Below, in pieces: positions 12,282-23,752 of a stretch of DNA of 64,000 nt. How positions within the stretch are numbered: the stretch's first letter is position 1; each line of letters starts with the position of its first letter. The stretch comes from Lepidodermella squamata (taxonomy: Eukaryota; Animalia; Gastrotricha). The stretch lies in assembly GCA_047495785.1 (NCBI GenBank), contig JBLDXI010000004.1, forward strand, positions 2,046,001 through 2,110,000. The letters run 5' to 3'. The translations under genes were made by a program, and so were the position numbers. The notes beneath the pieces were generated by a model. The model ran no database searches. It was not told the DNA's origin and worked only from the letters and a program-made list of their open reading frames with translations.

Positions 12282-14508
12282 TTACAAATTAGCAACATCG
12301 TGGTAGCTGTGTGCTTGTTCAGTTTCGGCTTGTTGACGTGTATTAAGAACGCTGCTTAGTGGTAGTTCGATTGTCGTTCGGTTGGCCGGCACAGAGCATT
12401 TGAAAAATTTGAGTACAGTGCTCCCTCGATTAGTGCACGGGGTCGGGGCTGTGGGCCGTGCACTTATCTAGGGATGGAGCTAACGAGGGCTGTTAAAGAG
12501 CTAGCGATGAATCATAAGTGCGTAGCTACGTTTTTTTCTTAGTTGCTAAGGAGACGTTGTTTTTGGTGGTTAGCCATATCTAAAAGCTAAGCCAGAGATC
12601 ACTTTTAAAGGATGCGTATTTTTCTCTTAAAAGCATCTGTTGCCAGTAACGAATTTAAAATGATCGTTGGTCCACTAGGGTCATTTGAATTGTGTTTCAG
12701 ATCGATGGCCTTTGGCCTTTTGGAGCAATTATGGTAATCAGGTGGCTTTTCTCATGATTATCAATACCGAAATAATTTTTTAAATCGGGCTGGTAGTTGT
12801 TATCATGTCAAATTTAAAGCCGAATCAGTGCTCGAATAAATTCGAGATTTCTAGAATTTTCGCACTATAAAATTCTGTGCCACGCCAATTTGTTCAACAG
12901 GAGCAAAAATCTAAGCATTTGTGATTTGTGATATGTGATATTTCTCAAAAAAACTTATAACTTATAACTGATTTTAGCCACATTTTAACAGGATGAGCAA
13001 GCTAGTTTAAGCCAAAATTACACTTCTATCAACGAGCTTTTCTTTTGAAATTTTTGTTAAAACGAATTTAAGATTATAAGCGCTGAATAATCAATCAATT
13101 TGTCTTCACGCTGAACAGCATCGTAAAGCACGCTAACTGATAAGTCATTATATCATCCACTATCTACCGTTCCATCAATGAGATCGTAGTAGTTGTGAAT
13201 GAAAAAAATCACGAATAAGTCAGACGCGTGCACACTATCAATCGATCTCTCAATGATTTGAGATGAAAAAAGCTGATCTGTAAAGATCGAGAGATCACGT
13301 CACCTAAAGCCTAAAACTGCCGGGTTAATAATTAGACATGTGAAACGTTTATCGCCTTCTGCTTATTCCAATATTCCAACTAAACTAGGCCGGCCTTCAT
13401 CAATGGGGTAAGCTTCCTTATTAGAGAGCGAAATTTGTTCAAAAAAAAAACAAATTAGCTGTTGAAATTCCTCGCGCCGGTCCAAGCTTCACCGGCACCG
13501 CCTTTTCATTGCGAAAAAGCTGATGTGGCTCAGCCAGCGTTGCTAATGAATACATTTTCTTGAACTTTAATAAATTTAATTTTGTAAATAATTTTTTCTT
13601 TCACTAATAAAAATTATTTAATTGCCAATTTTGAGGGGGCTGGAATAGTGTGGCAGATAACGAGGGAATTGCACATAGCCGGGGTGCACTTAGCGAGGGA
13701 GCACTGTAGTAGAAACAAATGCATCGCGCAGCTCGCTACTGCCATACAGAATGCAGACCAAGTAATATTATCGATGTCGACGTTCGGGATGTATAGAGCT
13801 GTTTTGCTATCTTCTTCGGTTTTGACTCGCAAGCTGCTGGTTTTTCTGCCATAACAGCCGAGTGACGTTGATTTCCCTAGCCAGATCCGAAATCGACGAA
13901 TTAAATGCTCCGAGAAGCAATTGCTTATTATCCTTATTAGTTGTATTGAATATTGAGAAAATTAGACGATGCAGTTTCAACTCAGTCGTTGTTTCATTTA
14001 AAATATTTTCGAGTGCAATACTTACGATCTCGGCTTCCTCGCTCTCTTCCCTAGCCAATTCGTTGATTCTCGCGATTGTACAATCTCGCAATATGGCGTG
14101 ATTCCAGAAAGATTCGCAACTTGTTCTTTTAGATTTTTGACCTGAAATGTCATCAATGTCGATAGAAGTTCCCAGCGGCTCGCCGATTGAAGAAATGGAG
14201 CCAGCGCGTAAAGTTCGTCGCTTTCGTCCTGCCATTCCAAGCTGTGGTAGATGCGAACGATACGTTCCTCCTCCTCGTTGCAACCATTCAAGACGTTCAG
14301 CATGGCGTGAATATGGCATTGCGTTCGGATTTGGTGTGCTAGGCGCTTGCATCGCTAGCGCGGTTGTCGTCCTGTCATTAATGTATGCCAAATGTCCTCG
14401 TTGAGAAACCTCGCGTTGATGATTGAAGAATAAACTTGAAGAGACTTTCAAATCCGCTTTCGTTGAGTTACAAATAGAAAAACAGAGGCATAGCATAAGC
14501 GCCGTCAT
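12282..14508 (-). pseudogene. Env-like type I membrane glycoprotein (~310 aa) in frame with pol, disrupted by one frameshift and a 1.3-kb insertion
   Basis: MTALMLCLCFSICNSTKA, RKRR, sequons NET/NTT/NSS/NVT/NIT; after removing 12416-13708 it reads ITWSAFCMAVASCAMHLFLLLKFF-KCSVP...SYHDVANL*. Confidence 0.65.
12416..13706. mobile_element. Non-autonomous Tc1/mariner/pogo-type element
   Basis: TIRs CAGTGCTCCCTCGATTAGTGCAC / GTGCACTTAGCGAGGGAGCACTG, TA on both sides, no coding capacity. Confidence 0.88.
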
Positions 14509-15595
14509 AACGCTTTTGCTGAAAACATTTTGCATACCCATAGCAGCTCTGAGTTTTTCAAACCTAATTCTTGGTAGCGGCTTGGTAAGAACATCCGCAA
14601 CGTTGTCTTTAGTAGGGCAATATTCAATCTTGACAGTTTTGCTTTCGTACAGCTCGCGAATGAATGCCAGTCGAATACCAACGTGTTTCGTACGACTTTT
14701 GATGATCGGATTTTTCACCAAAGCCAATGCAGCTTGATTGTCGCAGTTGATCAAGAATTCTTCCGTTGAATCTTCGATTTCATCGAGAATTTCCTTGTTG
14801 TAGACAGCTTCTTGACATGCCGAACTCAGTGCCATTAGCTCAGCTTCGGCGGTCGAAAGAGCTACGCTTGTTTGTAACTTCGAGAACCAATTGACTGCGG
14901 TTGGTCCAAATAGAAACGTGTAACCACTCGTTGATCGACGCGTATCTCGACACAATGCGAAGTTAGCATCCGCATATCCAGTTAGAATTGAGTCATGCCT
15001 GCGAGGATAACAAAGACCAAAATCAATGGTACGCAGAATTCTCAGGGCTGCGTTGAGGTGGCTCGCGTTCGGCTGACTGCAGTATCTCGCCACATTGCTT
15101 GTTGCGTGGGCGATATCGGGTCGAGTTCCAGTAGCCGCATAGATTAGCGACCCAACTAGAGATTGATAGTGCGTGCGATCGACAGGTTCACTTACGTTGT
15201 CATCCATGACTAGATGAGTAGCGCCGAAAACAAAAATTTGCCGGAGGCAACAATCAAAAATTCCAAACCCGCCTTTACCTTTTCGAGATAACGTAGTAAA
15301 ACACCCCAGTTGAACAGCATCTAAGCAACTGTAAGGCCGACGTCCTCGAGCTTGGTGTCATTCGATAGCCCGTCATTTCAATATGCCAGCAAACCTTTTT
15401 CAGCCAGTTCGGGTGATTTTCCTATTTTTGGTGAATTCTTGAATGATTTTGTCGAAGTTGTTGCTGTTGTCGATCGATTGGAAAAAATCGATAATCGATA
15501 ACGAAATATAGGAGGATAGTGGTGTGCGCTTAAAAAATGAGGCTTGTGAAAAAAACGTTGCCCTAACGTTGCCCTCCCCCATGTGGTGGGATATA

Positions 15596-16151
15596 CAGTG
15601 TGTCCAAAAAATTTTGCAACATTACAAATCAATGCAGCTCCCTCATTTTGGCGAATTTTTCCATGATCAAGACAGATTCTGAAAGCTCAAATCACCGCGT
15701 TTTTTTCGATATCCATTTTATAAAAATCAGCCTTAAAATGAGTGCACAAACAAAGTTTGAAATGAAAAAATGCAATTTCTTTTTGACAACGACTTTTTCA
15801 CCGCTATTTTCGTTGTTTAATCGTTGCATGTGGCCTCCAACGGTCAAAGCCCGTATAGTTGAGCTTTACTTTACTCACGGCAACTCTCCGACGTCTGCCT
15901 GCAGAGCCTTCCGGCTCGAAAACAGAGGCTCAACCAGTTTTAAAGTTCCGGATCGTTCGTTGGTATTGAGATGGGTGTCAAATTTCCGGCGACGAGGATT
16001 AGTCAAGAACAATCGAGTTCCACATAAGAAATCGAAGTCAACGCCTGCAGTCATTCAACGAGTTCGACGAAACATCAAGCGTCGGGTTAAACTCGGGCGA
16101 AGCACCGCGTGCATTTTAAACGATGGTGGACATTTCGAAAAGTCGTTGTAA
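15596..16151 (+). mobile_element. Internally deleted Tc1/mariner transposon
   Basis: TA|CAGTGTGTCC left end; HTH-type N-terminus (IVELYF..RWVSNFRRRG) fused directly to C-terminal CILNDGGHFE; DDE domain missing; right TIR not found. Confidence 0.75.
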
Positions 16152-16585
16152 TTTTGAAAATTATTTTTCCCAAACCGTGTCCATAGGACACTCGTGCGAA
16201 CTAACAGGGTTCCCCACGGGCTTCAAAATAACAAAATGACAAAAATAGATCCACAATAAGATACGAGGCATTTTGGGACCATTTTCAGACCCAAAATTGA
16301 AAGAAAATTGTCATTTTCGCTCGCGAGTGGCGTTACGAAGACGTTTAATTACAGCCTCTCTGATTAAGGGACGGTAATCGGTAATGTATACAATTAATAT
16401 TTTAAACTGATCCATGACTTATGTCTCCTGCTATTTATTCAATCCACCTTTATTTTGGTTTGTGTTTTTTGAATAAACCAGCCAACGAATTGGACCAAAG
16501 ACATTCTCAGTCAAACAGTTGATCAAGCTCCACGGCTTACGATGGTCTCAAAACTAGAGCGGCATTCACAAAATGTATGTGCGTT

Positions 16586-16795
16586 GCATAGCGCAGCCAC
16601 TTTTTACCGTAGCCAAGAAAATCGCACAATAGAGCAAACGAATTGCCCGCACAAAAGGATAAACTTTTTGGGCCAATATTTTTTATTTCCTAAATGAAAA
16701 ATATTCGCCGAAAAATCTGTTCGCGTTCCCTTATTCAAATTACGGGCTCTATTGTGAGATTTTCTCGGCCTCGGTAAAAAGTGGCTGCGCTATGC
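16586..16795. mobile_element. MITE with ~50-bp imperfect TIRs
   Basis: GCATAGCGCAGCCACTTTTTACCG / CGGTAAAAAGTGGCTGCGCTATGC; flanks TGTGCGTT / TGTGCATT (7/8 match). Confidence 0.75.
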
Positions 16796-17080
16796 TGTGC
16801 ATTCCTACGAAACTCACCCAAATCTGGAAATGGTCTAAAGGCAGCAGTCAACTCGGATTCTGAATGCTCCACGGTTAACAAGTGCTATGAAGTACTTTTA
16901 GGTCAGGTTATGCCATTGATTACTCGGGTTTAGGCTGTATTCGGTGGTGAAATTATCCGACCTAAGGAGTGTTGGCTGTAGCTTGCAATGACCTCCTTAA
17001 CAAGCCTAAGGCTGAGTTGTTCGGCGATGTCAGCGAAATCTATTTGCTTTAGTGTGTAATTTGCTTTAGTTGTTTTTGTA

Positions 17081-17417
17081 ATTATTATTATTATTATTAT
17101 TATTTTATTTCGAAAAATAAATTCATCAGGGGAATTAAGCAGTAAAAAAGATTCGAGGATACAGAAGGACCCGCAGGCCACTAACTCTGAACCGTATAGT
17201 AGTCAATATGATAGCGTATAGAACAGTCAAGAGGAGAGTCAACATATATCAAAATCATAGAGAAATTAGGTAGAAAATGTATTTAAATTTAGTTGTCAAG
17301 AGTGCAGTGTTTAGAAAAGTCAAGTTTACATATTTTTGATTTAAAAAATTTAAGATTGGAATCGAAATTGTCCGTGGACGGAAACACATAGGCAGGCAAT
17401 TCATTCCAAATGGGTAA
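17081..17417 (-). mobile_element. 5'-truncated copy of the same CR1-clade LINE
   Basis: Reverse complement of ~11793-12120 including the (TAA)n tail, nearly identical. Confidence 0.92.
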
Positions 17418-20400
17418 TCAACTCGAATAACTCGTATTCGTAAAGACGAATCTATGTGTTCACTGAGGGCACTGAATGGGAGGGGGCCGAAACACCCCTC
17501 CCGTTGGGAGGGGCTTACGGGGTGGGATGGCATGCTGCGCAGTGGACACTAACCACTAAACTATAGAACCGAAAAAAGCTGCTCGCTCTTCGGTATGCTG
17601 GATCGCTTGTCGATTCCATCGGTGTTGTGGCCGTGTGAGCCTCGACAAGTTGAAATTTCGTAAGCAACTTTTCGATGTAAGTCCTTTGGTAGAGGCAAAT
17701 CGCTTCATCGGTAAGCCTCACGTTTAGGCCGAGAACGAAGCTTGTCGGTCCCAGCAGTGTCATCTCAAATCGCTTAAGTAATTGAGCCTTAACTTCTTCG
17801 ACAACTTCTTTTTCGGGGCTTATTATGACTAAATCATCAACATAACAGCATATTAGGCACACGCAAAGTTTCCCGTTTTTGCTAATTTTGCGATAAAACA
17901 CGCAGGGATCGGCCTGAGAGCTTTTGAAACAATTCGTGCTCATAAAATAAGTTATTTTTAGATTAAAGTTCCGAGGACTTTGACGAAGTCCATAAATCGA
18001 CATTAGGAGCCGACAAACTACTTTCTGATTTTCGGGGTTATGCCTGTTTTGATGCTTATCTTGCAGCAAATTCCCCCCCTCGATCGAATCGAAAACGAAA
18101 CCCTCCGGTTGAAACATGAAAATTTCTTCCTCAAGATCCCCGTAAAGAAATGCCGTTTTAACATCACAGCTTTCGACAAAACAAGAGTTCTTAGCTGCCC
18201 ATGCTAGTGCCAATCTTAAGTTTTGCATTTTAACTACCGGGGCAAAAGTTTCATTAAAATGAAGAAAGGGAATTTGGTGATTGCCAAGTGCAACCAGGCG
18301 GGCTTTCCATTTATCAATCATTAAGCCCTTACCCGAGACGTCAGGCTTGTATTTGACACGAAGAACCCAGCGACACTTGAGAACCGGCTTGTTCGGCGGG
18401 CGATCAACCAGTTTCCAGGTGTTGTTCTTGATGAGCGAGTCGTACTCCGACTGACAGGCCTTGTGCCACTCGGCGGCGTGAACGCTGTCCATTGCCTCGG
18501 CGAACGTGGCAGGCTCATCGATAGCCGTTACCGCGAAGGCCGTCGGACCAGTCGTAGGCTCGTCATTTTCCGGTGCCAGAGTAAGAGCCGCAGTCCCAAG
18601 CGTGTCGAAATCATCCCAGTCATCGAACGTGTACTTTGCTGTCTTCGTAGATGAAGGAGCTGTAGGTTTCGGACCTTGAACACCAGGTCTCGTGTAATTT
18701 ATGCCCTCTTCCTTCGGTGGCGGCACCCTAGCCGATCTGCGCGGTTCCGCAGGCGCAGGCGCAGAAGTAGGACGCGGTGCAGACGCAGACGTAGTAGCAG
18801 TCGTTGTTGTAGTAGTCTTACGCGGCGCCGTAAGCGCGCCAGACGTAGTACTAGACGAAGAAGTGCTTTTCAGCGGCGTTGCGGGCGGCGCACTTGTAAT
18901 AGGCGGCGCAGCCGGCGTTGCGCGAGCAGGCACTTCCGGATGAGCAACCGCTTTGTTTTCATCGTCCACAGTAATAAGCGGGCCAGAAAACAGATCAGGT
19001 TGACGAATAACAGGCGATTCGTCAAATTTAACGTATTTTCTAATCACAAACGTATTATTAGCTGGCGAAAACAAACGATACCCATCGTAATTTTCAGGAA
19101 TTCCAACAAAGATGAATTCTTCAGTTTTCGAGTCCAATTTGTCGCGAAATCGGTCTTCAGTGAAAGCAAACGCGCGGCATCCCCAGGGACGTAGTCGTGA
19201 GATATCCGGCTTGCTCCCAAACATCATTTCGAAAGGCGTCTTGCCATTAAACGCCCGAGTCGGAAGTCGATTTCGGCAGTAATTGACGTACTCGAAACAG
19301 CAAGGCCATAATCGTTTTGTTAGGCCAGTTTCATTAAGAGCGGTCCGTCCGCCCTCAACGATAGTGCGCATTTGTCGCTCGATCGCGTTTTGTTGCGGCA
19401 CATAAGGCACGCTAAACTCGCGAGAGATGGAATGTAGCCGGCAGTACTCGTCCCATTGAGACGATTTGAACTCGAGGCCATTGTCCGATTTCAGATAGAC
19501 CAAATTAGTGTTCAAACGAGCGGTCATTTGAGTATGAAAAATTTTAAAAGCATCAATAGCGTCGGATTTCTTGGCCAAAAACTGAATGTGAGTCCAGCGG
19601 CTGTAATCATCCATAATCAAAACGAAGTACAACTTGCGCGTGAACGATTCGACGCTGAATTTGCCGCACAGATCGATGAAACAGCGCTCCAGCACACGCT
19701 TGCTTCGAATCTTCACAGAAAAATGAGGTTCTCGTGATTGTTTGCCAGCAACACAGGGCTCGCAGAAACCAAGTTGCGTTTTCGGGTCGATTTTGAAACC
19801 CTCAACTTGCTTCGCCATAGTTCGCAATTTCTGCTCGTTGCAATGCGCCAAACGACGGTGCCACAAAGAAATCGGTTCGGCCGCGATGGCCGGATCACGT
19901 CAGCGTCAAGAATGAAGATCTTGCGTAGTAGGTAAGCTGCTCCGATCAGCTTGTCGTTGCTCTTATCAAAGATTTCACAACGATTTTCGTCGAAAATTAA
20001 TCGACACTCCTGGCTCTTAATGGCTGCACCTACAGAGAACAAACTGCACTTTAAATCAGGGACGAACAGTACTTTTTGCAGCAAAACGATTTCTTGCATC
20101 GCCAGCCGAACTGTGCCAATGCCAAGACATGCCATCGGCTTTCCATCAGCCGCACGGACCGGTTCGCTGTCCTCAGGTAGTTCCTCGTAGGACCAGAACA
20201 TCGAGATTTGGTTCGTCATGTGCTGCGAAGCGCCGGAGTCGAGCACCCATCGCTCGTCCGACTCGTACTCATCGTCGTAGTGCACCATCGGGCTGTAGAC
20301 GCGCTCGCCGTGCTCCGCGTCGTAGTCGTCCGTCACCATCTTGGCACGCGGCTTACCGTAGTAGCCACCCGACGACTTGCCTGGATTGCGCCCGTTGTTG

Positions 20401-22169
20401 TAGTTACCATTGTTACGATTGTAGCCATTGTAGCCGCCGTTTTGACGACCATTGCCGCCAGAATTCGCTTGCGGCTCCTTCGGAGATCGGCATTCGCGCT
20501 CGAAATGCCCCAGCCGACCACAGTTCCTACACGCCATGGTGGCCTTCTTATTGTTACGGAACTTACCGTGGCCTGTTTTCAAAGCCACGTCTGAACTCGT
20601 ACCGCTCGCTCCATTCGATTTGTTCGATTTCAGAGTGAGACGTCGTAGATCCTCGGTTGCCAAGGCAGCCTCGACATCAGTTAAATCGAGTTCGAAATTC
20701 GCAACGCCGTTACCACCTGGTTATAACTGGCCGGGAGACTATTCAAAATAAGTACAATATATTGAGAATCCGGCAGGTTCGAGCTTAACGCGGTCAGTTG
20801 ATCGCGAATTCGCCTCAGACGATGTAGGTGATTCGTAAGGGATTCACCCTCACGTAGCGTCGTAGTAAAAAGTTGTTGTGTTAAATACATCACGTTACCA
20901 GTCGACGGATTCTCAAACCGAGCCTTGAGTGCAGTCATGATTGTCTTAGCGTTGTCCGAGTCAGGCAGCAGCCCAAGAATTGACGCGGAAATACTGCAAA
21001 TCATGTGACCTGTTGCGCGAAGGTGCTTCTTCAACCAAAGCACATGCGCAGCCGGTTCGACCGTCGGCGAAGCAACGCGGTCCCAGTCGGGTTCGGGGTC
21101 GGTTCCAGCAACAACACCCCAGAGATCAGCCGACACGAGATTGATGCGAACTTGCTTGAACCATGCCGTCCAGTTATCAGCTCCAGTAAGAGTGATAGGA
21201 TCACTTTTAAGGTGGTGGTGGTTGTCAGTCATCGTATGAATACAACCAACAAAATTTAAGGTAGCGAATTTACGGCAAAATAGAGCGAAAAATACAGCGG
21301 TGAAATATTGCTTAGTTGCAAAATTCTGGGCCCATAACCAATGTTGGTAAGCAGAGTATAAGTCCCAGTTTTGTGACGATACGAGTTAGATTTATTTTCA
21401 AATTCACAGCTATTTATAGTGACAATTGTTTGGTAAACAATAATGATTAATGACAAGCTATCGATAATGAGCGTCGATGCGGTTTTGAGAATAATATATT
21501 AATATTTAACAATTAAATATCGATCAAGTATTTATATCGAATAATAACCTAATCAACTTTCAACAGTTTGCGAAGAAGCACAGTTGTTCCAAGCACAGAA
21601 GAAGCAGGAAAAGGGCTTTCTATACTTAATAATCCAGAGAGAAGCGCTCAAGTTATGCAGACGAGCTTCACATTTTTCTAAATGACCAAATGAATATGTT
21701 TTATTTTACGTCCTCCTTTCGGGCATTGTGATGGTAATTGAATAGAAAAAAAGGAGAAAGCCTTACCTGTGAGGGTTTAGGGGACGATTGACGGCACATT
21801 TTTCTAAATGTAATTGAAATAATAATAAATATTAATAATTATGTAGGAAGTGTGCTGGAGATTATACAGAGTTGGCTTTCAAACATGGATTCTTAATACT
21901 AGCATAGCAGTTAAAGCAGCAGCAGCAGCAGAGTCGCTGGTTGCCGACGCCAGTTTGCCCGCAGTCTTCCACGGTGCAATCGTCGCAAGTTATTCAACCT
22001 CGATCTCTGATCGTGCAGTTGTTAGCGTAGTTGTTTTCACTGAAGAAAAACGTAAAAGAATGATATAAATGGAAAATGCGAGTTTAAGCTTGAAGTATCA
22101 CTCACATTATGCAGTTCTGAAAACGGATATACACGTACTGTTGCGGCGGAAATAAGGAATGCACGTCGA

Positions 22170-23752
22170 TAATAAAGGATTATTCTATAGCTAGCCATAG
22201 AGAAATGAAATTTCAGCTATAGAATAATGCTATTCCTACATACGCACGACACCTCTAGGCCCCCTAAAAAGGGTGCAATGGGTTCATAAGGGTGATTTCA
22301 GGATAATCATTTCGAGAAAATAAAACATCCAACTCAAAATTTCACGAAAACAATTCTTCGTTTGAAAACGAGAAACACTTTTCATTCGCCGATTTTTTTC
22401 TTGTTTCCAACTTGATTTTTGGTAAACCTTCATTCGTCGTCGAAATCTTCATGATCTCCGGCTGGCCGAAGCATCAGTGGTCAAGACTCAAGTCCCAAGA
22501 TCATCAGTTGCCATGGTTTGATCGATTCTGGAAACGAGCGTTGCCTCTCAATCATGAAGCCACTCAAATCAGTCGCTTGCCAGCTGGGTTCACGCAGAAA
22601 TCAATGCATCTCTACATCGCGGCTTGCGGCGTTTGGAAGACTGGCAAAAGTAGAAGCCATCAGCGATATCCAGGGCGCGGCGGAAAATAATCATGGATTT
22701 GGGTCAATTTTGCCGATCGAAGAATCGCCGAGAAACCAGTCATCGTCGCCTTCAACGTTGCTATGGCTAGTCGCTGAATTTCCGTTGCTGCTCAAAACCG
22801 CGAATTTGGAGGGAAAACCGGATCTGGGAACGTTCATAAAAGACGTCCGAAATTGTTCCACTTTTTTCGACCCCCACCCTACCTCTTGTCCTACTTTCGA
22901 GCACCCCCCTCAAAATTTTCTTGAGAAACGTAGAAATTAGCTTTTGAACTGTGCGAGGCTTGAGAGTATGTAGTCCTTTCTATAGCTGCTAGCCGCCAAC
23001 AGTCATTGCAGGCATTTCCATGGGGCTTTTCACTGTCTCATTTTTTGGCATTAGTGCGCGTTGGGGAGAAGAGCGGGCGACTAAATGACACTAACTGATT
23101 GGTGCACTAACAGCCAATCCTAGTGCGTACATTTGGGGACCTATTGGCATTCAATTTAACTCGCTCTCTGATTGGTTGAAATACACGGGCGCGACAATGT
23201 TGGCGTGCGTAGACGCGCGGCTATTGGTTGCGTAACAGGTGCGCGCAATGATGCCGAGTGCGCTGCGCGGACTAATGCCACACTCAACAGCGCACTAATG
23301 CTGCTGCTGTAGCTACTGCTGTTTGCTCTCGTCCGACTCGTTGCGTACCCCCTAGGCCCTGTTGTCCGATTTTCGGGACCCCCCACCCCCCCCCCCCTAA
23401 AATCTCGGACGTCTTTTATGAACGACCCCTCTGCATCGCGACGGCTATCAGCAAGAGATTTTGACGACCTCGATTTTTGCCTAATTTTGTCAAATTTTTC
23501 TGTTTGCACGTGAAATCCGTGAAATTGCTTTCAAGTAAAATTTAGTTTTTCGCTGTTTTTGTGACTTTCCTACGATCCACGGGAAAATGCGTTTTGTGGG
23601 GTTTTCGAGGCAAATTCTGAGCAAAATGCTGGCCAAATTTGTGGCAGTTTCATGCCATAGAGAAATTATTGGTTGCCATAGAGAAATTCATTGTAACCAT
23701 AGAGAAATCAAATTTCCCAATGGCTAAATTTTACCATGCGTATGTAGGAATA
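22170..23752 (-). mobile_element. Helentron/DINE-like non-autonomous element in an intron
   Basis: Inverted TATTCCTACATACGCA (22231) / TGCGTATGTAGGAATA (23737-23752), outer hairpin TATTCTATAGCT..AGCTATAGAATA, CCATAGAGAAAT repeats; absent in copy B. Confidence 0.5.
22826..23429. mobile_element. PIF/Harbinger-like MITE
   Basis: TIR GGGnnCGTTCATAAAAGACGTCCGA, 3-bp TSD TCT. Confidence 0.8.

Larger units (their letters stand above)
15220..17607. mobile_element. Composite insertion in copia RT, no TSD
   Basis: Removal restores TPMEST|THLVMDD in frame; ends AGCG..CGCT; contains mariner, MITE and LINE pieces. Confidence 0.75.
14510..21232 (-). pseudogene. Copia gag-pol, frameshifted and interrupted
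   Basis: Gag (LTGADNWTAW), zinc knuckle CRNCGRLGHFEREC, protease WVLDSGAS, integrase WHRRLAH..CEPC and DDE core, RT KARLVA..YVDD, RNase H GYADA..STAEAE..ADVLTK; frame breaks near 20700 and 19870; insertion at 15220-17607. Confidence 0.93.
8653..21565 (-). mobile_element. Ty1/copia LTR retrotransposon with env-like ORF and nested insertions
   Basis: 224-bp TG..CA LTRs (21342-21565; 8653-8837 plus ~12141-12182), TSD GTTTG (8648-8652, 21566-21570), PBS GGTTATGGGCCCAG next to the 5' LTR, PPT AGGAGGAG at 12183-12190, domain order gag-PR-IN-RT-RH; absent from copy B. Confidence 0.97.

Noticed and set aside
21860-21996. Cys-rich frame after the TGA of the secreted gene (ITCDDC..LCCCCCFNC), with TGC/TGA exchange between copies, suggesting selenocysteine or readthrough
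   Set aside because: The distant paralog ends at the same RG*TGA with no such tail, the Cys run is a GCA microsatellite, copy B has further stops, and no SECIS was recognised.
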